From: Mytilus californianus
Taxonomy: Eukaryota
Reading direction: 5' to 3'
NCBI RefSeq assembly: GCF_021869535.1
Contig: NW_026262637.1
Coordinates: 19,034,001 to 19,098,000, forward strand
DNA: 64,000 nt
Under the pieces are notes generated by a model. The model worked only from the letters and a program-made list of their open reading frames with translations, was not told the origin of the DNA and did not search any database. This document shows, piece by piece, positions 13,724 through 26,370 of the stretch (positions within the stretch are counted from its first letter, which is position 1; every line of letters starts with the position of its first letter). The translations under genes were made by a program, and so were the position numbers.

Positions 13724-14052
13724 TATGAAATTTGAAAAAATCTGCATTCCCATGGGAACCAACTATGCCCCTCTTCTTGCCGACTTATTCCTTTATTCAT
13801 ATGAGGCTAGTTTCATACAGGAACTTCTTAGGAAGAAAGAAAAGAAATAAGGAGTATCCTTTAACTTAACTTTCCGCTACATAGATGATGTTCTCTCACT
13901 AAATAATTCAAAATTTGGTGACTATGTTGAACGCATCTATCCAATCGAACATGAGATAAAGGATACAACAGATACAGTTAAGTCTGCCTCATATCTTGAC
14001 TTACATCTAGAAATTGACAATTAGGGTCGGTTGAAAACAAAACTTTATGACA
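13724..14052 (+). mobile_element. PLE RT fragment within a ~660-bp insertion (~13556-14215) in intron 5 of copy B
   Basis: It is collinear with 10353-10681 at a constant offset of 3371 and shares the TNY change and the TAG stop (14022-24). The insertion is absent from the matching intron of copy D (~34975). Confidence 0.85.
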
Positions 14053-14970
14053 TTATTCAACTATAGAAAAACATCATAGGAGTTAGTCTTTTTTTTTTAA
14101 CCGACGGTTTATATTTACACTTTGAAACGACCTAAGATTTAAATGCTACCTGAAAGTGTAATTGTAATCCTAATCGTAGGTGTATGACAGTTCCGCAAAT
14201 GTCTACTAGTAGTACAAATATCATAAAGGAAATGAATGCTAAGTTTTATATTGTTTTCTTTTTAATGCAATATGGCTACAATTTCTCCTTTCATTTAAAG
14301 GACATGAATATTAAAACAATAGTAGTATAAAAAGAAATTATTCTTTAATGGTGTTAGCAACAATCTGCAAAAAGAATTTATAGAAGTACCCTATTACTGA
14401 TTAAATTGTTCCTTTTTTAATAATGCCGTTTCTTTAACTATATCTAATATGCATTTAGGTCAATTTGATATTGTGAAAGGAGAAAACCTTTAAAATATAT
14501 AAAGCTCCCAGCATATATCGATAGTTCTCATGATAGTGGAGAAATATATCTATTTTAAACTAAGAAGTGAAACATATAACTTTTATTGAACACGAGGTCT
14601 TCTGGGACGATTTCCCTGCTTTATCTTACAAACATGATACCATACCTGCCGCAGTGGTAAAATCTTTGGTATGATTTCCATAAATCGTGTCAATGTTGTA
14701 AATTGGATGAATGCTTGGAATAATTTGTGAAACATTCCCCATATCCGATGAACCTCCTATTTCGTCTTCCTTTGCGTCAAATTTTACACCAAGAGATTCT
14801 GCATTACTCCTGAAGGCGTCTGCCATTCGATTGTTACTTACCATATTCAAATAAGGCTTGCTAGAAAAATCGTACGATACCTATAACCAAACATCAAATA
14901 AATGATTTTAATAGGAATGAAAAAATATTAACACAACATCGTAGAACAAATAAAACTAAAAAAAAACTAT

Positions 14971-15408
14971 CAAGTAACTTTAAACATTGAAATTACCACA
15001 ATGTCATTAATGTACTATGACTACAAGTAACTTAAAACATTGAGATAACCACAATGTCATTAATGTACTATGACTTCAAGTAACTTAAAACATTGAAATA
15101 ACCACAATGTCATTAATGTACTATGACTTCAAGTAACTTAAAACATCGAAATAACCACAATGTCATTAACGTACTATGACTTCAAGTAACTTAAAACATT
15201 GAAATAACCACAATGTCATTAACGTACTATGACTTCAACTAACTTAAAACATTGAGATAACCACAATGTCATTAATGTACTATGACTTCAAGTAACTTAA
15301 AACATTGAAATAACCACAATGTCATTTATGTACTATGACCTCAAGTAATGTCAAACATTGAAATAACCACAATGTCATTAATGTACTATGACTTCAAGTA
15401 ATGTCAAA
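14971..15408. repeat. 53-bp minisatellite, 8 full copies plus a partial, in intron 4 of copy B
   Basis: The unit caagtaacttaaaacattgaaataaccacaatgtcattaatgtactatgactt starts at 14971, 15024, 15077 ... 15342, with a partial at 15395. There are no unique spacers. Confidence 0.95.
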
Positions 15409-17342
15409 AAATATTATACTGATTACTTTTATAAAACTTACAGAAATGATAATGACCTTTTAAGAATGGTTCTTCGTAAAAATTTCCACCTATGACCAAA
15501 GGACCGTGATGTGAACAGCTATAGTTCACCGAGTAGTTTTCAACAAAAAGCAAAACTGAAACCGTATATCAAGTTATAAAAGCCCCCGGGATAACAAAAT
15601 TTGTAACATCTCAATGGACAAAACGAAAGACCTGATTTATGTTAAAAACAGAAACAATAAAAAGACTAATTTTGCAGAAAAAAAAATCTGAATTTTATAT
15701 TAAAATAAGGAGATTTTGTATAATAACAAATAAGGCAACTACCCAACCAAAGACCAATAAAAATTAAAGTTATCAACGTTAAGTCACCATAACACCATCA
15801 AGTAAGCTATAAAGGTCACCGACATGACAAAATGTGTTCAAACAGTTCAAACGAGAAATCCATGTCTAGATAAAATAATTTTAGAAAAAATCATGGTATA
15901 AAAAATCATGAAAGAACATTTTTACTCAATGTATTACATTCGTTATGTATATGAAACTAGGAATATGTTACATTTTTAAAAGGATACTAAGGTCTTTTTA
16001 GCATGTAGATCTTTCTTCTATTCAGTATTACAAACATTTACAATACATAGCTAGATTATAAGAAATTTTCAAGTCAAAATATGAAATTAAATGCAGTTTT
16101 TTTTTTCGGAAAATCAGCTGATTTCTCCACATTCATAAAACAGGAAATGAAATTTTATAGCTTGATAATTTTTTTTTTGCATTTTGCGTTTGCTGGCTCT
16201 TATGCCTTTAGAAAATTAAAAAAACTTTTTTCTTTGTTATCATCCTGATTTGATCAATTCTATTTCATACGACTTTCTATTAAAGTATATTTCAAACGCA
16301 GGTCTAAATGTATTAAATGTCATTAAGACTTCTTGTATGCCTCAAGTGTTTATATGTTCGTTTTTATATAACTTTGAATGCATGCATGGCCAATTTCTTT
16401 AAAAATTGATTGTTTAAAATGAAAATCTGTTATTTGGCATTTAATTTAATATCGCAACTTTCTTTAATTGCTGTACGAATTCTGAAAATAAATGTCAAAA
16501 TGTTTGCCAATTGATAAAAAAAAATGTCTATACGGTCTCTACAGTAAATATTAATTATATAATCCCTACTAAACAGCGGGGCTGTATATCTAAGGACCGG
16601 AACAGCCAATCGAATGTGACTTGAAGTTATTGAAATATAATTTTGAGCAGAACATCATTCAGACAAGTTGCTATCACTGTCAATCTATTCATGACATCAT
16701 TAGTTAGTTTCAATGTTAATACATGTTAAATATTAGACTATATCAACTTATTGTTATTAACTTAAGGGACTTCAAGGGACTACAAATACTTGTCTTAAAG
16801 TTCTGGCTTATTATACCTGACACCCAGTGCCTGTTGCTGCTGAGTCAAAACAGGATCTCATCTTGTCTTTCAGCTGATCTAGTTCTTGTTTGTTTGGTGC
16901 TCTGTATGAATATTCGAGTTCAGTTAATTCTGGTATGATATTTGACTTGATTCCACCATTTTTTATTATACCTACAAAAAAAACTTCTTCTACTAATATC
17001 AATACAATTCATATAAAAGATAAAAGGGATTACAGAAAAAAAACATGTTCAACAGACACTCGTCAATACCCTGTTGTAGTCCTTTGTGTTCAATAAACTA
17101 AATGATTCCCTGTGTTTGCATATATCATTCTTTTTCTATTCCTAAATTTAAAAATTCGTTGAATGTTATTTTTTTTCTAGAACATTATATTTACAGGTTA
17201 GATAAAGATTGGAAAGTATTCAAAAGTATATGGTTTCTGTTAATCTGTAAAAGTTACTTTTGTGTTATTGCAAGGAATAACCCAGTCAGCTACATTAGAA
17301 GATTCATTTGGCAAACCCTACAAGATCTGAAATATGCATACC

Positions 17343-17763
17343 TGACATGTGCATATTCTGACACCGGACTCAGACTTCTTTTAAACTGAGTTTTACTGTG
17401 CGTATTGCTGTGTGTTTGTTTATTCTACATTGGCTAGAGGTATAGGGGGAGGGTTGTGATCTCACAAAACATATTTAACCCCGCCGCATTTTTGCGCCTG
17501 TCCCAAGTCAGGAGCCTCTGGCCTTTGTTTGTCTTGTAGGTTTTTCAATTTTAGTTCATGTATATGTTTTGGAGTTAAGTGTGACGTCCGTTTTCATTGA
17601 ACTAGTACACATGTTTGTTTACGGGCCAGATGAAGCCCACCTCCGGGTGCGGAATTTTCTCGCTGTGTTGAAAACCCATTAGTGGCCTTCGGCTGTTTTC
17701 TGCTCTTTTGTCGGGTTGTTGTCTCTTTGACACATTCCCCATTTCCATTCACAATTTTATACC
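17343..17763 (-). mobile_element. Interspersed non-autonomous repeat inserted in intron 3 of copy B
   Basis: Absent from the matching site of copy D (~38122). Flanked by the direct repeat atacc (17338-42 and 17759-63). It shares the cctgacttgggacagg core with 20350-20910, 41210-41785 and 58495-58825. Confidence 0.7.
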
Positions 17764-20349
17764 ATAACATATGACAAGAGGAGCATCGCCATCTTAAAAA
17801 AGAGCAAAATTATTATCGTCTTATTTCTCGAATATTTAGTTGAAATTTTTAAATTTTGTACCAGTTTTGTCATAGATACGATAGACACAATTGATTGTTA
17901 CTACTAGCTTTATTAAGCTATACATGTAATTAATATGCTTGTTTCTTGCTTGCTGGGAAGTTTAACGTTCACCAGTACTGCTCCGTAATATTTTATTGCA
18001 CTAGTGTACGTTTTAATTACGGGTATAAAATCTGTTTGTATTTTCGATGAACATTATTAATTTTTCTGGTGATATATTCAAAACAGATTTTCAGGATTTA
18101 ATTTATCCGTATATACTTATAGGACATGCCATTTTGAGTAAACATCTCTTATGATTCAATTCATTTTCATACCATGAACTCTCCATGTAGGTTTCATCTG
18201 TTGCCTTAGGCAGGACACCGTCTGATAGCATAGTACCGCTGCATCAAGGGCGTTAACTCCATTCCATGGGTAGACTGCAGCGTGTGCAGCTTTCCCAATG
18301 TATTTGATATTAACCCTGCCAAAATAACTCTGGCTAAGATAAAAAGTTCAATGTATTTATGAAAAGCCATTTTGAAATATCATTGTACTTTATAAATGGT
18401 CAGTTTGAGTATTGGAATGTATTGGATTAACAAACATTGGGTTTTAAGAAACCATATTTTACAAAAAATGTAATAATTAAATTGTTAGTTTCAATATGAA
18501 AGCAACATAATTATACCGATGTTATAGTCTCATAAATCGATTAAGAAAACAAATCAAGGTAATAACATGAACACCAAAAGGTTGTAGAACAGATTCCTCG
18601 ACAGGGTACCTTAAAACATAATGATAATTGTTTTTAAATTATTCATTATGTATTCAAACTCTTGTTTTTGAATTGCAGTAATTGATATATATATATATTT
18701 ATCAAACATCAATCTAAGATACCAGGCTTATATTTTGTACGCAAGACGCGCGTTGCGTTTACAACAGTAACGCTCGAATCAAAAAAGTTAAAAAATCAAA
18801 TTATAAAGTAAGATAGACTGAACTTTATATGGTATTTTCCTTAAATTGTCAAATACTAGTAGATCAATATCAATATTAATAAAATTCTTACCTATCAATC
18901 GCTGTCAGGGAAACATGAGAGCTAGTTTTTTGAAGAAGGATGAACCATCATGGCTACATCAATATCATCAAAGACACCATTATTGATCATGTCAATTTTC
19001 CCGCCCCCTCCTTCCTCTGCAGGGGTACCTAAAACAGTTATCTGAAAACCCAAATAAATACACATTTATAAGACACATTTTATCATTATTCATTTGTTGA
19101 CATGTTGTATAAAAACGGCTGCAATATGTCTCGTTCAAATGGGCAGTCAAACTTCATTGAACAGCATTGCGTAACGCTCAAACAATTCACTGATAAGTCT
19201 AATGTACACAAAAAGCGTGTCTGGCGTAATTAATAAAATCCCTAACGTCTTTCCTTACTTTTTGAGGAAATTGCATTAATGCGTAACTGAGCGAGACCAG
19301 GTGCTTCAACAGAGTAAAGACTTTCTGCTATGCATGCGAATTTAAGCTCAGTGAAAATGTCACAATAGAGAAAAAGAACAAAAGGATAAATTTACAGATC
19401 ATACGTTAATAAAACGGCAATCTTAAGACCCAATAGAAAAAGAAGATATCTCAATTTTCCGGCACCAGATAATATATGTCATAACAATATGTCAAAGTCA
19501 CCTCAAGTCGGAAACAAATGTGAATGAAAAAAAAAACTATCATATATTTCAAATCAACGCCGAATTCCCAAAAGAAAAACGTTAACAAACCACTCACTAG
19601 ATTCATGATATTGAAAATGCATGTAAGCAAAAAGGCGAATTAAATGAACTCCTGATTTCCATATGCCACAGTGTCCTATGCAACAATAGGTCCAGACCTT
19701 TTAACACCGGGTTATATTTGGGTCAGTTTATTTCTTATGTTCATAATCTAATATGTATAGGCTACTGGATTAAAGATGTCCTTGTAATGAAAAAGATCTA
19801 TTGGTTGTAAAGTTTAAGACAAACGTCGAAGAAGAAAGCGAAAGCATGACTTATAGAAAAATAACGAAAAAAAGAAAAATAATAGTAAAAACAGAAAAAA
19901 TACATATGAATCAAAAAAATTAGCAGCAAAAACGTTGTTAAATTCAGTGCTTCACTAAAAGTAAGTAGTTTCTCCTTCTCAACTGGCGACACCTATTGCA
20001 TTGCTCAATGTTGAGGAGCAATAAAAACAAAATAACAAATATGAGCATAATAAATGTCGGTTTCCTCTAGTCTCGTTTTACTTCTATTGGGCTATTGACC
20101 ATGCTAATGAACTAAAATTCCTCGAAAGAATAAAATTCCGTCAGCAATTTCTTTTCTACAGACAAGATACTTGTTGATATAGATACTTGGACATTTTTAT
20201 GTTATAATTTTCTCAACTGAATGCACATAATACATTTGTATATCTATTTGTGGTATTTTCAGTATATTGGTCCTCCATACTGGATACTTTCGATTTTCGA
20301 TTTAAAATATTTTGTAACGAGCAGCCCTGGAAATGCACAACTGGTGAAT

Positions 20350-20910
20350 CAATATAAAGATAAGGAGATGTGGTATGATTGCCAATGAGACACTTCCACC
20401 AAAGTTCAAATGAAGTGGATGAAAGCAATTGTAGGCAACCTTACGGCATTCCACAATAAGAAAACCCAATACCGTATAGTCGGCTATTAAAGACCCAGAC
20501 ATGAAAAATATGAAACAATTTAATTGAGAAATCCAACAGCCTAATTTATAACAAAACAATTTACGAAAAACAAATATGACAGACATGAACCAATTGCAAG
20601 TACAACCACTATACTACAGGATCCTGACTTAGGACAGGCACATAAAGTAAACATGTTTGAACGCTCCAACCCTCCACTAACCTGTAACAGTGGTGTAACA
20701 GTACAACATAAGAACAAACTATGAAAATCAGTTGAAAAAGGCTCTTCAGATCAATAAAAAGCAGAAAAACACAGATCGGACGTGGCTGGATATTTATTCT
20801 TCCCCCATAACAAAAAATACTTAGAATACAGAGCTAAGAGTAATCTCAGTTACTGACAGCTAGTTCAAAGCAAATAACCACTAATAAGAAAATATTGTAT
20901 CTAAGACCAA
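20350..20910 (+). mobile_element. Interspersed repeat (ataaggagatgtggtatgattgccaatgagac family) in intron 1 of copy B; paralogous copy at 41210-41785 in copy D
   Basis: The same family head recurs at ~2830-3070 (minus strand), ~3950, ~41220 and ~58495. Its class is not determined. Confidence 0.65.
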
Positions 20911-22490
20911 GACAAGTTTCTTTCGAAATATTATAGAATGATGTCACTGCTGGTACAAAGCTGCCCAAATCCTATCCTTATGCAATCAAAGGACATGTGT
21001 TGCAGCCGACTATTTCTCTTTATTTTCTCGCTTAACGTTAACCTACAAGTAACGGTTTTGCTTACCCTGCCAAATGGTTTTTCCAATTTCTCCAATGCTG
21101 CTTTTATTCCAAGACCAGCCGCAACACCAGCTTCAGCAATCAAATTATGTCCGCATGCATGTCAAATCTCCGGTAACGCATCGTACTCACAAATTACAGC
21201 AATATTGGGTCCAATTTTGGCGGTGCCTACTTCAGCTTTAAATCCAGTCTCTAAAACAAATTTTTTGGTAACGTCGAAGCCCTTAGATTCAAGAAAATTG
21301 GCTAGTTTTTCGTGTGCATGATGTTCAATAAAATTAAGTTCCGGATTTCGCCATATATCTTTGCTCAGTTCTTCAAGTTCTTCTGATGCCTCGTCGATTC
21401 TTTGAAATGTCGATTGTTTTAATAAATCCATTTAATCAATAGTAACCAGTTTGCTTATACTTATACGTTGTCCATATAGTTATGCTTGTGATTACTTATA
21501 TTCTCTGGAAGCAAAGGTTATAATATTGAGTATTTGATTTATCAAAAAACAGTTTATTTAAAGTTGTAGTCATAACGTGCATGAATTTACGTTTATTAAA
21601 TGGTATGATACAAAAGGAATTCAATGTCAAACAAATTGTAATTCAATACAATTAAAATTGCCGGTGGATGATCATTGTTAATAATAGAATAAAGTTGAAT
21701 ATATTATAGTTTATTTAGAAAAATGCCAAAGAGTACACATTTATCTGTATGATATCCAATAAGGTAAATTTTATATACATAATAAACGGAAGTATTTTCA
21801 GTGACCTAAAAACTATGTAAAATCAGTTCTCGATTCAATTGGTTAGCGCACTTACATGTATTAGCACGCACGGTGTTTGATAATAAATAAAGGGGGTGAT
21901 TTATGTAGAATGCACATTTAGGGATTATTTGGCACTGTGGATTAACCGAACATTAATACACTGCATTATATCATTGCTTATACTTTTCAATTGTTCTAGA
22001 AATTTGAATATAAGTAACAGATTAATTAGGGTTCAATGCAAAAATACGATTTCCATAGACAAATTGTACGAAGTTTTTTTATTTAGTTATCCTTATTAAA
22101 ATGAACAAATTTGCCGTTAAGAGAGTCAATTACATACGAACGTTCTCACTCAAGAAAATGATGCTGTTATACAGTTGATATTAAAACACGTAATATTTCC
22201 TGAACGAACAAAACATGATGAGAGATGCATTTCCAAGGGAAAAAATACAACTTCAAAATTAAACCAAATTAGAGATCTGAATTGGTATATATATTTCTCA
22301 ATATAGTGGTTCAACAGTAGATAAATGTCTATAAAGTTTTAAATCACTCGATTCTATCGGGAATAAATATAACAGAAACAACGAAATACCCCTCATCCCC
22401 TATTTAGAATTTGTATTAGAAGCGTGTAAGTAAGTTCAAAGTATAAGATGGGAATTAAAATTTAGAATGGAATCAACAAGGTCATTGTAA

Positions 22491-22610
22491 TTTTAATATC
22501 CCATTCTGTTCACCCTGTATGAAAGGCTTCTTTCAATATCCCCTTCTGTTAACCTTGTGTGGAAGGCTTCTTTTGATATCCCATTCTGTTAACCTTGTGT
22601 GAAAGATTTT
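22491..22610. repeat. 40-bp minisatellite, ~3 copies
   Basis: ccattctgtt/cccttctgtt recurs at 22501, 22541 and 22581. Confidence 0.85.
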
Positions 22611-22651
22611 TAAATAGGTCCTATTGCCAAGATAAGATTCTAAACTATTTA

Positions 22652-22859
22652 CTGTGGATTCATTTATTTTCGTGGGTATCAATTTTCGTGGATTGAGGAA
22701 AACTTATATGTTCGTGGATATTTAATTTCGTGGTTTTGCCGATGTCTGCATACATGCCTATAAAAAATTAGTAGTTCGTTGAACATTTGATTTCGTGGTT
22801 TGCCTGTACACACGAAATCCACGAAAATTGGTATCCAACAAATAATTATGAATCCACAG
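22652..22859. mobile_element. 208-bp Tc1/mariner-like MITE (same family as 8470-8887)
   Basis: TIR ctgtggattca...tgaatccacag, flanked by TA at 22650-51 and 22860-61. Confidence 0.85.
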
Positions 22860-23414
22860 TACACCCAAGGTCGTTTGAATACCAAGACTAGACGTCTGCA
22901 TACTAAAATTTTACCGATTTTACATACATAAGAAAGAAATTGTAAGAAGTAATCAACGAAACATTAAGCACAGTGGTACCGTTTATGATTTTGGCATTAC
23001 ACAACCTGCTACATATGCAACATTTAGCAAATTTGTTTGTCAAAAAAATGAAAGTATTAAACAGAGACTAAAATCCTAGTGGTGTCAAGGAGATTGAAGT
23101 AAAGACCATCTACAGAGTAGTTTTAAGCAATTTCTTTGATACTGCTACTGTCTTTATTATCTATACGGTCGTGAAAGACCAATAAAGGAGGAGACAAATC
23201 AAAAGAAAAATAAATTAAACAAAAATATCGAACTCCAAAGGTAAATTCAAAAAGGAAGTCCAAAAAACTGACAAAATAAAACGTTATCAATTATCTTAAC
23301 GAGTGAAAAACGGCTGTCAAACTCCCGAATAAATGCAGGCATTTTCCGAAGAAAGAGGTGGGTTAAATCTGGTTTTATAGCTAGCTAAACCTCCTACTTT
23401 TATGATAGTTGTTA

Positions 23415-23585
23415 AAAAGAGGCGAAAGATTTCAGAGGGACATTCAAACTCATAAGTCGAAAAAATAAACTGACAACGCAATGGCTCAAAAAGAAAAAGA
23501 CCAACTGACAAACAATAGTACACAAAACACAACATAGAAAACTAAAGACTGAGCCACACGAACCCCACCAAAAACTGCTGGTAAT
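23415..23585 (-). mobile_element. Solo 3'-end fragment of the Naiad-type PLE
   Basis: Reverse complement of the PLE terminus seen at 11100-11278 (aaaagaggcgaaaga...gaacccca). It lies in the junction between the two duplicated units. Confidence 0.75.
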
Positions 23586-26019
23586 ATTTCCATTATATTG
23601 ACAAAATTGGGTGAGCAACCCAAACAGACATAATAGGGAAATGTGAGAAACGAAACAGGTTTTAAGATAAACAAACAAAACGAATATGAAAAGTAAAAAC
23701 ACAAAAATAGAATTTAAATTTGGCTGAGACGAATTTTCATAAAAATCGGAAATAATATCATGCTTTGGAAGTGTATGGTCGGTAAGGAGCACCCATTGAA
23801 GGGAACAAAGCGGTTATTAGTGGAATTCAGTAAATGTCAAAATTGGTACAAATCGTTTTGTACCGCAGAACAATAGAATTTCGGAAAATTAACTTTGGAA
23901 CAATACCTTGAATAGAAGAGGACGATAGCACAATCATAACTCTTGTCAAGTCTTAAGTTTTAATCGCCATTTGATACCAATCTAACAGGTGTAAAGTACG
24001 ATGAAGGCCAACTTAATCTAAATGACGCCCACAAAACATGTACCAAATGCAAAGATAATCTCATGAAGGAATTTTAAGTAGTTCGAAAATAAATAGGGTA
24101 CATTGAAAACTCAAATGTGAATATAAAGTTAGTTTTGTTCCATTCATGCTGACAACTTCTGAAATACTGCATATTCTTCTTTGTTTTTCCTTTAACAGAT
24201 CTTTGTCTTGATACAACCCTAAACAATTAACGCCATCGCCTTACCTTGAGTAAGGGTCGGTGGTTTTGGCTTTTGGGTCACCTTTAATTAAGAGTATGAT
24301 AGTTCCAATGTCATATTAAGACTTTAACGATCAAAACCATGAATACATAGCGGTTCAATATACGATGTTTTAAGGGATTCGCAGCGCAATAATTGTCGTT
24401 TTTTATTCATAGTACTGAAACGTTTTTATTCGATCAAACTGTTTATTACATTAAATATTCGAAATTGGCAAAAAATGCAATACAAAGGAAAAAGTCAATG
24501 TATTTGACTATACCAGTTCTAATGTTGTCAGATAGTGTTCATACGTTTTGTGAACTGTTTCAGCAATTCAAAATGTTGCAACTTCAGTAATTTTCTAGAG
24601 ACTGATTCTTCTTTTATTTTGTGATTGAACTATGTTCTGATTATATCTTTTTACATAATGATACTTTCTTTACAAATTTCGCTATATTATACATTAAAGT
24701 CTCCATTCTCGCATTTTATATGCATCAGATTTATCAAATTTCATTGTAAAACAATAAATGAAACGTTTATCATTGACAAACGTTGTTTCTACTCTTTTAC
24801 GGTAAAAAGGTATATTTTCCGGATAAATTAACTCAAAACGGAATAACAGATACATTTTGATGATTGTTCTGATGGAAAATAGTGTCAAATGGTCAATGGT
24901 CACTTGGCTGTCTTCAATGTGGTTTTCGACATGTCAAACAACAGATTGAATCATACACTGATAAACATTATCTCGATTACATGACTGAATAAGTAAATTG
25001 TCGATTAAGCACGTAAGACTTAATATCTAACTTGTCTATTCTAGAGTCAACACATTCAAGGTTATATAACGACTTAGTTTAAAGGTAATGTGTTTTAAGC
25101 CTACCTTTCTACTAACCAATATCAAATAAACACCAAATAGTCTTGATTAAGACATTCTTATTTTATAGTATTAAAGGGGATCTTATATATAACCTCATCA
25201 ATTTCACAATATTATACTTTCCTTTAAACATAATCAGTCTTTCCTATATGTTAGTAAAAGACAAATAGTGTATCCATGTAAACAGTGAACGAAAAAATAT
25301 TTAACAAAGCTTTTATCAGACGCCACATTTTTACAGTATTGGACTCCATGTACCAACCTAATAATTCCTTTTTTCATAATAGTATTGAATAAATTGTTTT
25401 GTCCGACTCCCTTATGTTGTGAATGCTATAAATACAGAGATGTTTTATGATTGCAAATGAGACATATTCCACAACCACAAACTTAGGGACGAGGGTGTAA
25501 ACATAATAAGTAATAAGGCCTTTCCTTTTCACTTCTCTATGTGAATAATCAATTTTGGATTAGTTATTCTTTGTGTTGGCAGTAATAATGCATATTTAAT
25601 GTACCTGATGCTAAAGCAAAGTCTATTTGATTAACAGAAGTTGTTCCAATTGCATAACGGGTGAATGCTTGGAACAACTTGGGATACATTGCCCATATCA
25701 GTAGATCCTCCAATCTGACCTTCTGCTGAGTCAAACTTCATCCCTAAAGACTCAGCATTTCCCGTAAAAGCGGTTTCTATACGCTTGTTGATTACAAAAT
25801 TCAGACAAGGTCTTCCTGTGAACTCATAATCAACGTTAAAAATTGTTTATAAAGTGATAACATTTCTTGTCTTTACAAATAAAAGTGTACGAGTAATAAC
25901 CGTTTCAAAGTAATTAACCACTAGACCTTACTCCTCCAATCTTATTTCTTTCCCGCAATAATTTTCCAACAGCTGCTGTGGTATATACCCACCATTATTT
26001 TCATCAAAAAATAAAAGGA

Positions 26020-26370
26020 ATAAATAAAGGCAACAGTAGTATACCGCTATTCAAACTTCATAAATCGATTAAGAGAAATCAAATCCGGGTTACAAACTAA
26101 ATCGAGGGAAACACATCAACATGATCAACAAGAAGAGGAAAACAACGGAGCAACAGAAACACTGAACCGCAACATACATAGAAACGGACTATTTGATAAC
26201 AACTGCCATATTCCTGACTTGGTACAGGACATTTTAAGACAAAATGGTGGGTTGAACCTGGTTGTATGGCTAACCAAACCTCCCGTTTATATGGCAATGT
26301 TAAAAAATATCGCTAAAATGACAACACTACGTGACAGGAATACTGTATTGATAAATACAAATAAAGCCAT
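26020..26370 (+). mobile_element. Interspersed repeat (aaggcaacagtagtataccgct family) in intron 4 of copy C
   Basis: Absent from the matching intron of copy A (~4560). It shares the ctgccatattcctgacttggtacagg core with other copies in the window. Confidence 0.65.

Larger units (their letters stand above)
12612..21431 (-). pseudogene. PM20D2: PM20D2-like copy B, probably a young pseudogene (or a null allele or assembly error)
   Basis: Exons are 21431-21066, 19041-18892, 18315-18173, 16971-16817, 14880-14646 and 12748-12612, and all splice sites are intact. Codon 90 is GGA->TGA (21162-64), where copy D has GGA. Exon 2 is 150 nt instead of 149, from +1 A in an A6 run (~18926-31). Exons 3-6 are open. 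Confidence 0.75.
1766..22099. repeat. Segmental duplication unit 1 (genes A+B), paralogous to ~23710-42957
   Basis: Collinear homology covers exons, introns and intergenic DNA. It begins near tttaaatttggc/aaataatatcatg (1768 vs 23711) and ends at agttatc(c/t)ttattaa (22099 vs 42957). The left edge is masked by the HINE insertion. Confidence 0.88.

Noticed and set aside
14971-15408. CRISPR-like array
   Set aside because: The units are contiguous with no unique spacers and the context is a eukaryotic intron. It is a plain minisatellite.
19190-19229. Further hammerhead-like remnants (also ~13250-13285, ~18740, ~34670-34700, ~39225, ~39870)
   Set aside because: The core nucleotides are mutated or half the motif is missing. 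They are fossils of the same repeat families, not functional RNAs.
21162-21164. In-frame TGA in copy B as a possible selenocysteine or readthrough codon next to a Cys/His metal motif
   Set aside because: It aligns to Gly (GGA) in all other copies, not to the Cys. A frameshift follows in exon 2, and no SECIS-like element was recognised.
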